Of a stretch of 5,065 nt of DNA, positions 1 to 5,035 are shown in pieces. Location of the stretch: sequence record NZ_CP040890.1. The stretch is one strand, 5' to 3'. A model generated the notes under the pieces. That model did not search any database. It worked only from the letters and a program-made list of their open reading frames with translations, and was not told where the DNA came from. The translations under genes were made by a program, and so were the position numbers. This DNA comes from a plasmid. How positions within the stretch are numbered: position 1 is the stretch's first letter; each line of letters starts with the position of its first letter.

Positions 1-3
1 ACG

Positions 4-1179
4 CTATTTTTTGAAGGAAAAATGCTCTTTAAAGACAGAGAGTATTGAAGTGGTACTTTCCGGCAACTCGACGATCCCGGTTTCTTTGTTGTAGTAGGAA
101 ACCAGAACTTGGATGTAAGCATGACCTACGGCTTGGGTAAGAGCTACAGCAGTAGCTGCAGAAATGGCACCACCAATAAGGGAACCTACACCAGGAATAA
201 ATTTTAACGCATTAGAAACAACAGCCTTACCTACTTGAGCAACAGCTGTAATACCAAGAATGCCTGCTACAACAGATGTAGTTGTTGATGTAGATGTGTC
301 CAATTCAAACTCAGAGTTTATTTTATATATCATTCCACTTTGTACAGCTGCAATTAACGGCGCATCAGACCCCGGAATAGGAGAAGCTCCGACAGCTCCA
401 GCTGCTGCTGACGCTCCATGAACGATGTTTCTCGCGCCACTTTTCATGGCTTCAAGCCGTTCTCCCATCTTAACCATTTGAGCCTTTTTTAAGGCTTGCT
501 TTGCACCTCTCTTAGCTTCTGGAAGACATTTAAAACTCGAGTCAACTAACTCATCCAAACCACTTACTGGAACAGTAAACTTCCCTATTTTTCTTTCTCT
601 TGAATTAACACAAACATAGTTACCAGAAACATAACTTCCATGATGGCTATCAATTTCATTGATAGCCTCGCGAACAAATTCATCAGTGTCATCTTCAAGA
701 GTTTTAGTGAATACAATTACAATAGGTATGTCATATTCTTTTAATATCCCGATAAGCTCTATATCTCTTGGTTCAACTCTGGCGCCAGAAGCATCAATGC
801 ACATCCAACCAAGGTGAGGAACATCATCCAAGTGTGAGTAGTTATCAAAGCTAGATTTAATTTCTTTTTTTAATTGATTTATTGTTTCTTCATAATCTTT
901 AGATTCAATCCCTTTAGTGTCCCATAATACCATTCCTTTTTTGGGAACTTTAATTTTACTCAGATGCTGAGTAACTGGTTTACCCACTCCAGACTTGACT
1001 ATTTCCTCCCCAAAAACAGCATTAACTAAGGAGCTTTTCCCAACGCCAGTGGCACCGAACAATATAATATTAAATCTTTCTTTTTTTTCTTCTGCTTCCT
1101 GTTTTGCTTTGTCAGCATCGAAAGTTTGTGAGTTGTAGTCATAAGAATCGCCTAAAAAGTCTTCATAAGAACTAGCCAT
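4..1179 (-). CDS. P-loop GTPase (TRAFAC-class, MMR_HSR1/Era-like G domain) fused to a C-terminal DUF697-like glycine-rich hydrophobic (probably membrane-associated) domain; 391 aa.
   Basis: ATG at 1177-1179 (minus strand). An SD aaAGAGGt (reverse complement of 1184-1192) lies 4-5 nt upstream and overlaps the rep stop codon. G1/Walker A is GATGVGKSS. G3 is LWDTKG (DxxG). A G4-like FTKTL is present. The C-terminal region reads ...GASPIPGSDAPLIAAVQSGMIYKINSEF...GILGITAVAQVGKAVVSNALKFIPGVGSLIGGAISAATAVALTQAVG, which is typical of the DUF697 family that Pfam notes is sometimes associated with GTPase domains. The stop is tag (reverse complement of 4-6). The gene is strongly AT-rich compared with the rest of the window. 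Confidence 0.85.
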   Translation of the reverse strand: MASSYEDFLGDSYDYNSQTFDADKAKQEAEEKKERFNIILFGATGVGKSSLVNAVFGEEIVKSGVGKPVTQHLSKIKVPKKGMVLWDTKGIESKDYEETINQLKKEIKSSFDNYSHLDDVPHLGWMCIDASGARVEPRDIELIGILKEYDIPIVIVFTKTLEDDTDEFVREAINEIDSHHGSYVSGNYVCVNSRERKIGKFTVPVSGLDELVDSSFKCLPEAKRGAKQALKKAQMVKMGERLEAMKSGARNIVHGASAAAGAVGASPIPGSDAPLIAAVQSGMIYKINSEFELDTSTSTTTSVVAGILGITAVAQVGKAVVSNALKFIPGVGSLIGGAISAATAVALTQAVGHAYIQVLVSYYNKETGIVELPESTTSILSVFKEHFSFKK

Positions 1180-1181
1180 AG

Positions 1182-2084
1182 TTACCTCTTTAATTGTCGA
1201 TAATACGTGCTTCTACTTATCCCCATGCTTAGCCATGGTTTTTTTGATGTTAAGGACTCAGGATTAAAAGGTCGTCCACCACCTTTACTCTTTTTACCCC
1301 GTAAAGACTGGATATCGGATGTATGTGTTTTTTCTACATACTCTTTAAAAGATGATTCTGTTATTTTTATACTCGTCCACTTAGCAATGCTTTTAGCAAT
1401 ACCGTTCACCTCATTATCATCCAGTGGTGCTGCAAATTGCAGGTTATAGGCACTGGCGCGTTCGTAGCAGGCTTGAAGCCACTGGTCATACTCAGGCCAG
1501 CCCTGACGGATAGCGCGGTATGCCCACTTGCGGGTTCTGTCGAACAGGGTGCAGTTACGGCCTAAACCGTAGTCAGCAACGATTTCTTTGTCGTTCGCCG
1601 CATTCAGGTCGAGAAAGTCAGCCAGCCAGTCCAGCGTGTAAAGTTCAGGTTGCCATACGGCAATTTTCCAGTGGCCGTGGTTCGGATTTTTGCAGATTAG
1701 CCCCGAATACCCCGCGTCAGCCTCTAATTTTTTGCGTAGCGCGTTCTCAACGGCGGCGGCGTAGCGCAATGGCTTTATTTTTCCGTCCGGTGCGGTGCGT
1801 ATCGAGGTTTTCAACGCGTACAGCAGGTGCGCATGTCCGTTGTCGGGGTTGGTGATGGTCAACGTAGGCGCGGGGGCGTTGCGATCGCTCCAGTCGATGG
1901 CGGCACCGGCGCGATCGACGTCGAATCCCAGCCAGAACATGGCGTGAGGCTGATTAAACTGGATGTATTTCGCCAGAATGGCGCGTTCCTTACCGGCAAT
2001 CCGTACACCAAAATGCAGATCGTCCGAAAAGTACGGCTTGTGCGGTAAGCGGTCGTTGAAGAGTGTGAGTGCGGCGTTATGCAA
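1182..2084 (-). CDS. rep: ColE2-family plasmid replication initiator Rep (priming Rep; Replicase/PriCT_1-type), 300 aa. The start is TTG.
   Basis: The N-terminus reads ...FNDRLPHKPYFSDDLHFGVRIAGK...PHAMFWLGFDVD, which matches the conserved LPHKPY...GVRI...FD motif block of ColE2/ColE3 Rep primases. A PriCT-like segment ...NEVNGIAKSIAKWT is present, followed by a basic C-terminal tail (KGGGRPFNPESL...RSTYYRQLKR). The only in-frame start after the upstream stop (taa at 2097-2099) is TTG at 2082-2084, and its SD is weak. The 3' third of the gene (below about 1440) is AT-rich. Confidence 0.85.
   Translation of the reverse strand: MHNAALTLFNDRLPHKPYFSDDLHFGVRIAGKERAILAKYIQFNQPHAMFWLGFDVDRAGAAIDWSDRNAPAPTLTITNPDNGHAHLLYALKTSIRTAPDGKIKPLRYAAAVENALRKKLEADAGYSGLICKNPNHGHWKIAVWQPELYTLDWLADFLDLNAANDKEIVADYGLGRNCTLFDRTRKWAYRAIRQGWPEYDQWLQACYERASAYNLQFAAPLDDNEVNGIAKSIAKWTSIKITESSFKEYVEKTHTSDIQSLRGKKSKGGGRPFNPESLTSKKPWLSMGISRSTYYRQLKR
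1184..1192 (-). promoter_or_regulatory. Ribosome-binding site of the GTPase gene, overlapping the rep stop codon (translational coupling).
   Basis: The reverse complement of 1184-1192 is taaagaggt (AAGAGGT). The rep stop TAA is at 1182-1184. Only 2 nt separate the two CDSs. Confidence 0.6.
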
Positions 2085-2109
2085 TGCGCCCTGCGCTTAT
2101 GGCGGGCTG

Positions 2110-2220
2110 TTGTCTGGCACGTTTCATGTGCTAATATCCTTTCAAGGTTTCGTACCTGGCCCTGGTTATCATGCGGATCCGCCAAGATTTGAGCATGATG
2201 CCGGGGCTTTGTTTTTTCTG
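2110..2220 (+). ncRNA. Candidate antisense copy-number-control RNA (ColE2 RNAI analogue), complementary to the rep mRNA leader. Includes its putative promoter.
   Basis: A plus-strand sigma70-like promoter is present: TTGTCT (2110-2115), a 16-nt spacer, then TAATAT (2132-2137). It points away from rep, into the rep leader. The transcript would cover the perfect 10-bp palindrome GCGGATCCGC (2173-2182), a possible kissing loop. It would run into a T-run, ctttgttttttct (2207-2219), just before the proposed rep -10 element. ColE2 plasmids are known to control Rep translation with an antisense RNA against the leader. No convincing terminator stem is seen, so the 3' end is uncertain. Confidence 0.3.
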
Positions 2221-2224
2221 TTGC

Positions 2225-2260
2225 CGTTAAATTACACGCGAACGGCCTCGCCTGTCGAAT
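2225..2260 (-). promoter_or_regulatory. Putative rep promoter.
   Basis: On the minus strand, TTCGAC (reverse complement of 2254-2259) is followed by a 17-nt spacer and TGTAAT (reverse complement of 2231-2236). This would give a leader of roughly 140 nt to the TTG start. It lies immediately downstream of the antitoxin stop (2278-2280). Confidence 0.35.
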
Positions 2261-2277
2261 CCTTCTGTCACAACGGC

Positions 2278-2562
2278 TTAGTGCGCCGCCAGCTCCTGGA
2301 AGAATTTCGGGTTCGCCTGGATGGTTGCCAGCACCTTCGCCGCCAGTCCGGTCGGATTACGGCGTCCGGTTTCCCAGCTTTTTATGGTGTCGAGGCTGGT
2401 TCCCAGCACTTTCGCCATCTCACTCTGTGAAACGTTCAGTTGTGCCCTGATAGCCTTCACGTCTGCCAGCTCGTAACGGGTGACGCGGGCAGGCTCTCTG
2501 ACGCCGTTTTTGATTTCAACGGCTTCTTCCAGCGATGCTTTCAGCTCGTCAAAAAAACTCAT
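2278..2562 (-). CDS. Type II antitoxin, HTH XRE-family DNA-binding protein (HigA-like; downstream partner of a RelE/ParE-family toxin), 94 aa.
   Basis: The HTH region reads QLNVSQSEMAKVLGTSLDTIKSWETGRRNP. ATG at 2560-2562 is 1 nt from the toxin stop (tga, reverse complement of 2564-2566). The toxin-first arrangement is typical of HigBA-like modules. Confidence 0.8.
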   Translation of the reverse strand: MSFFDELKASLEEAVEIKNGVREPARVTRYELADVKAIRAQLNVSQSEMAKVLGTSLDTIKSWETGRRNPTGLAAKVLATIQANPKFFQELAAH

Positions 2563-2563
2563 G

Positions 2564-2896
2564 TCACACCTCGTCTTTCAGTTGTTGGGTCAGCGTCTTC
2601 AGCGCGGCTTTCTCCGCGTCCGTCAGGCTGTCTTTGGTGCTTTTCGGGTAGGCCATCACCAGATAAATCACCTCGGCGGTGGCCAGAAAATAAATCACCC
2701 TCGCGCTGCCGCTTTTTCCCTGGTTGCCCGTCGCCATTCTGACTTTTCGCAGCCCGCCGGTTTTCTGGATGAGATCGCCTTTGTCCGGCGACTCAATCAG
2801 CGTCTTTTGCAGCTCCCTGAGCTCTTCATCCGTGGCGATCTGTTTTATCTGACGGGTAAACATCGGGGTCTCGATAAATTCAATCGTGTGACTCAC
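2564..2896 (-). CDS. Type II toxin of the RelE/ParE superfamily (HigB-like; toxin encoded upstream of the antitoxin), 110 aa. GTG start.
   Basis: GTG at 2894-2896 has a good SD AGGAGA (reverse complement of 2902-2907) 5 nt upstream. The motifs ...GLRKVRMATGNQGKSGSARVIYFLATAEVIYLVMAYPKSTKDSLTDAEK... are characteristic of the RelE/ParE-like toxins that pair with HTH antitoxins (core: basic-Gly-Lys-Ser-Gly...RVIYF...IYLL..Y.K). The gene is tightly coupled to the downstream HTH gene. Confidence 0.8.
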   Translation of the reverse strand: MSHTIEFIETPMFTRQIKQIATDEELRELQKTLIESPDKGDLIQKTGGLRKVRMATGNQGKSGSARVIYFLATAEVIYLVMAYPKSTKDSLTDAEKAALKTLTQQLKDEV

Positions 2897-2899
2897 GGT

Positions 2900-2956
2900 T
2901 GTCTCCTGTATTTAACGGAGTACATAGTACACTTAATTCTGATTCCGGAAAAGAGG
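2900..2956 (-). promoter_or_regulatory. Putative toxin-antitoxin promoter/operator region.
   Basis: A 60-bp gap separates the mbeA stop (2957-2959) from the toxin start. It holds the near-palindrome GTACATAGTAC (2920-2930) overlapping -10-like hexamers (TACTAT / TTAAAT on the minus strand). A second CATAGTAC copy is at 2971-2978. Such palindromes are typical auto-repression sites of antitoxin or TA complexes. The exact -35/-10 assignment is ambiguous. Confidence 0.3.
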
Positions 2957-4519
2957 TCACATCGAGGGGCCATAGTACCGGGTCGGCTTTTTCTGCGGCT
3001 CCGGCTGTTGCTCGCGCAGCTTTTCCGCACGGGCGCGGTCATGCTGCGCAATCAGCGCATCAAGCGGCTGACGTTCCTGCTCAAGCTCTCGACCTGCGCG
3101 CGCAAGCTGTCCACCTGACTGCTCAAGTGCTGACACACCCGGTCGCTGTGCGTCAGCGCCTGTGAGGTAGCCTCGAACATGTGCTGCAAACTGCTGTAGC
3201 TGTCCTGCCACGCCTGCTGCTGTTGCTCGTAGCCTGCCTGTAAGCTCTCTAAGGCGCTCAGAAGCTGTTTTTCCATCTCGGTCATGGTTTTGGTCATCCT
3301 CGGTGTTAAAAACATGCTGTGGCGTTTCATGGCGCTCTGATGAGGTTATTTCGCCGTGTATTTCACCACGGTATTCCCGGCCTGCGAGGTGTAGGTTTCC
3401 ACGCCGTGCGCCTGCTTCGGCAGCACCGCCAGGTAGGTGTTCCGGTTCTTTTCGTCGCTGTAAATCGTCACGCCCGCGCCGCTTTTCGCTTTCAGGCTCG
3501 CCAGCTGCTGGCTGTAGCTGTCCATCTCGCTCAGGCGTGAGGTGATGATCGTGCCCTGAAACCAGATTATCCCGCCCATGATGCCGATCAGCAGGGCGAA
3601 GCAGATGAATATCCACGCCATTGCTGTTGAGACTGACTTCCTGAGCATGCCCGTCAGCCTGCCGTTCTGCTCGCGGATAGCGTTGCTGATGCTCTGCGCG
3701 CTTGATTGCAGTTCCGCGCTGATAGACGTCTCCAGCCTCGCGAACTCGCGCTTCACGCTCTGCTCGGTATCCTGCGCCTGCTGCTTCGATTTCTCCTCGA
3801 AGCCCTTCGCCAAATTTAAAATCTCGCTCATAGATCATTCCTTTCAGCCGGATATTTCGGCCGCCGTCCGGATCGGCAATGCTGATACTGCTTTTAGTTT
3901 CCCGCGCCACGGTCAGGCCGTAGCTTTCCAGCTGCGTCACCACGTCCTGCCGGCTGCGGATCACGCCCTGCTGCATCAGGTTCATCAGGCCGGCGGTGAT
4001 TTTCTCTGCCGCCTGCTGTTTGTCGCGGGGCAGATCACTGGCCTGCGTCAGCGGGCGGCGGTAAGTCGGGTCGTTCGGGTCGCGCAGCCCCAGTCGGTCG
4101 TTGGTCAGGGTCTGCCAGGCATTGACACGGGGGCGGTCAGCGCGGTCAAAGTAGGGTTGCAGGCGTTTGCCGCTCTGCAATTCGATGTTCGGGATGACAA
4201 AATTCAGCTCAAGCCGTCCCTTGTCGCGGTGCTCCACCCACAGGCAGGTGTACTGGTCGCGGTCGAGGCCGGTCAGCAGCGTGTGCTCCCATTCATCCAT
4301 CAGGCGCGATTTCTCCGCGTCTGCAATGTCAGGTTCCTGGAATGACAGCACGCCGGAGGTGTAGGCGCGGGCAAAGTCGCAGCCGTCGATCAGTTCGCGC
4401 ACATGTTCAGGGTTGCCGCGCAGTACGCTGGCCTGTTCGCGCTGCCGGTCTTTACCCAGCAGGTAATCCACCGGACCACTGCCGGAACCCGCACCGCGTG
4501 AGTGAATTTTAACGATCAC
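2957..4519 (-). CDS. mbeA: MbeA/MobA relaxase of the ColE1 (MOB_HEN) family, 520 aa. The true start is probably GTG at 4517-4519, not the TTG at 4553-4555 used by the ORF track.
   Basis: From the GTG the N-terminus reads (M)IVKIHSRGAGSGSGPVDYLLGKDRQREQASVLRGNPEHVRELID...YTSGVLSFQE, which aligns residue-for-residue in pattern with ColE1 MbeA (MIVKFHARGKGGGSGPVDYLL...). An SD GGAG lies about 8 nt upstream of the GTG. The start overlaps the mbeC stop (4509-4511) by 11 nt, as in ColE1. The C-terminal half is Arg/Glu/Gln-rich and low-complexity, and hosts the nested mbeB and mbeD frames. Confidence 0.88.
   Translation of the reverse strand: MIVKIHSRGAGSGSGPVDYLLGKDRQREQASVLRGNPEHVRELIDGCDFARAYTSGVLSFQEPDIADAEKSRLMDEWEHTLLTGLDRDQYTCLWVEHRDKGRLELNFVIPNIELQSGKRLQPYFDRADRPRVNAWQTLTNDRLGLRDPNDPTYRRPLTQASDLPRDKQQAAEKITAGLMNLMQQGVIRSRQDVVTQLESYGLTVARETKSSISIADPDGGRNIRLKGMIYERDFKFGEGLRGEIEAAGAGYRAEREARVREAGDVYQRGTAIKRAEHQQRYPRAERQADGHAQEVSLNSNGVDIHLLRPADRHHGRDNLVSGHDHHLTPERDGQLQPAAGEPESEKRRGRDDLQRRKEPEHLPGGAAEAGARRGNLHLAGREYRGEIHGEITSSERHETPQHVFNTEDDQNHDRDGKTASERLRELTGRLRATAAGVAGQLQQFAAHVRGYLTGADAQRPGVSALEQSGGQLARAGRELEQERQPLDALIAQHDRARAEKLREQQPEPQKKPTRYYGPSM
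3052..3330 (-). CDS. mbeD: MbeD-like mobilization protein nested inside the 3' part of mbeA. 92 aa from the first ATG; the true start may be a downstream ATG (3283-3285, giving 77 aa).
   Basis: The protein reads ...MTKTMTEMEKQLLSALESLQAGYEQQQQAWQ...SLRAQVESLSRNVSRLMR, a coiled-coil-like Gln-rich small protein of the expected size. It sits in the ColE1 mbeD position, after mbeB and overlapping the mbeA 3' end. Several in-frame ATGs (3328, 3313, 3295, 3283) are present; none has an ideal SD. Confidence 0.6.
   Translation of the reverse strand: MKRHSMFLTPRMTKTMTEMEKQLLSALESLQAGYEQQQQAWQDSYSSLQHMFEATSQALTHSDRVCQHLSSQVDSLRAQVESLSRNVSRLMR
3346..3831 (-). CDS. mbeB: MbeB-like mobilization protein nested inside mbeA in another frame, 161 aa. 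One predicted TM helix.
   Basis: ATG at 3829-3831 has a strong SD AAGGAA (reverse complement of 3838-3843) 6 nt upstream. The protein starts MSEILNLAKGFEEKSKQQAQ... and contains a hydrophobic segment AMAWIFICFALLIGIMGGIIWF. The nested mbeB-within-mbeA arrangement is the known ColE1 organisation. Confidence 0.7.
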   Translation of the reverse strand: MSEILNLAKGFEEKSKQQAQDTEQSVKREFARLETSISAELQSSAQSISNAIREQNGRLTGMLRKSVSTAMAWIFICFALLIGIMGGIIWFQGTIITSRLSEMDSYSQQLASLKAKSGAGVTIYSDEKNRNTYLAVLPKQAHGVETYTSQAGNTVVKYTAK

Positions 4520-4835
4520 GGTTCTGCTCCAGCAGGTCGCCAAGCTGCCGGTCAAGGCTGGTCAGTACGACAAGCAGCGAGGCACGTTCAGACGGCGTCA
4601 GGGAATCAGTCTGGTTCAGGCGGCGGGCTATCTGGTTCAGGTTGTTGCCAATCCCGCTGACCTGTCGCAGCAGTTCGGGCGCAACCTCTGGCACACGGCG
4701 CCTGCGTGAGGTGTGTTCTCCCAAACCAAGCTGACGCAGCCACTCCGCAAGATGAGCCCGGTCGCAGCGATCAAGCAGTCGCTGATGCTCAGTTTCAGTA
4801 AGACGGATTTTGATCTCTTTCGTTCGCTTTTCCAT
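4509..4835 (-). CDS. mbeC: MbeC/MobC-family relaxosome accessory protein (oriT-binding), 108 aa.
   Basis: ATG at 4833-4835 is preceded by GCGGAG. The protein is a small basic protein (MEKRTKEIKIRLTETEHQRLL...NLNQIARRLNQ) with the ...L..E...L...GNNLNQIAR... motif typical of MobC/MbeC. It sits immediately upstream of, and overlaps, the relaxase gene, and is adjacent to oriT. Confidence 0.85.
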   Translation of the reverse strand: MEKRTKEIKIRLTETEHQRLLDRCDRAHLAEWLRQLGLGEHTSRRRRVPEVAPELLRQVSGIGNNLNQIARRLNQTDSLTPSERASLLVVLTSLDRQLGDLLEQNRDR

Positions 4836-4889
4836 AGGCTCCGCTGAGAAAAAATTCGCACCACCGTGAGAATTTTTCGCAGTGGATGC

Positions 4890-4975
4890 CAGGGGTTTCG
4901 GGGGGCGGCGAGCCCCCTGAACCAGTCACGGTGGCACCTCGCTAGAGGGGACGCTGTGTGTACTGGCTTAAAGAG
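4890..4975. other. Origin of transfer (oriT/bom), ColE1/pBR322 type. Probable nic site between 4966 and 4967 (tactgg/ctta).
   Basis: ggggtttcgggg...ccagtcacg...gtgtgtactggcttaa matches the pBR322 bom sequence GGGTGTCGGGG...CCAGTCACG...GTGTATACTGGCTTAA, including the nick-region core. An upstream GC inverted repeat GGGGGC-ggcga-GCCCCC is at 4901-4917. The region lies directly upstream of mbeC as in ColE1. Confidence 0.8.
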
Positions 4976-5007
4976 TAATGCAGTATGTCAGATTCTGTGC
5001 TGACTGC

Positions 5008-5035
5008 AAAAAAAAAAGCCCCGCTTATACGGGGC
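5008..5035 (-). terminator. Rho-independent terminator-like hairpin read on the minus strand (GCCCCG-tataag-CGGGGC followed by a 9-10 nt U-run). In ColE2 the equivalent structure immediately follows the ori.
   Basis: The plus strand has a10 (5008-5017), then gccccg (5018-5023), cttata, cggggc (5030-5035). On the minus strand this is a perfect 6-bp GC stem with a 6-nt loop followed by T9-10. Confidence 0.6.

Noticed and set aside
2173-2182. GGATCC (BamHI) palindrome as a cloning scar or vector junction
   Set aside because: It is embedded in a longer perfect palindrome, GCGGATCCGC, inside a region with native promoter-like organisation. Nothing else in the window looks like vector polylinker sequence. 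A natural stem-loop is more likely.
1207-2430. Plus-strand ORFs 1207..1449, 1520..1855, 1827..2048 and 1963..2430, and minus-strand ORF 1859..2185
   Set aside because: All overlap rep (antisense or out of frame) or the rep leader. They have no SD and no motifs. The compositional and homology signal belongs to the rep frame. The only plausible plus-strand product in 2085-2260 is a small non-coding antisense RNA, not a 155-aa protein.
2440-3165. Plus-strand ORFs 2440..2742 (100 aa), 2480..3118 (212 aa) and 2899..3165 (88 aa)
   Set aside because: They are antisense to the toxin, antitoxin and mbeA genes. The translations are Arg/Ser/Pro-rich without recognisable domains. They are shadow ORFs of GC-rich genes.
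3303-3545. Plus-strand ORFs 3303..3545 and 3319..3540
   Set aside because: They are antisense to mbeA/mbeB/mbeD. The translations are Arg/Pro/Ala-rich, typical of GC-rich shadow ORFs.
3578-4345. 255-aa plus-strand ORF, and 65-aa ORF at 4167..4364
   Set aside because: Both are entirely antisense to the well-supported mbeA relaxase. The translations are Cys/Arg/Ala-rich and low-complexity, typical of antisense frames of GC-rich coding DNA. There is no RBS or motif.
4637-4864. 75-aa minus-strand ORF overlapping mbeC in another frame
   Set aside because: It is out of frame with the well-supported mbeC and would run through the mbeC RBS region. It has no motif support. ColE1 nesting is known inside mbeA, not mbeC.
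5008-5035. Hairpin + A-run read as a plus-strand terminator
   Set aside because: On the plus strand the stem is preceded, not followed, by the homopolymer run. Downstream is tgttatctg, which is not U-rich enough. It functions, if at all, as a minus-strand terminator or ori-associated structure.
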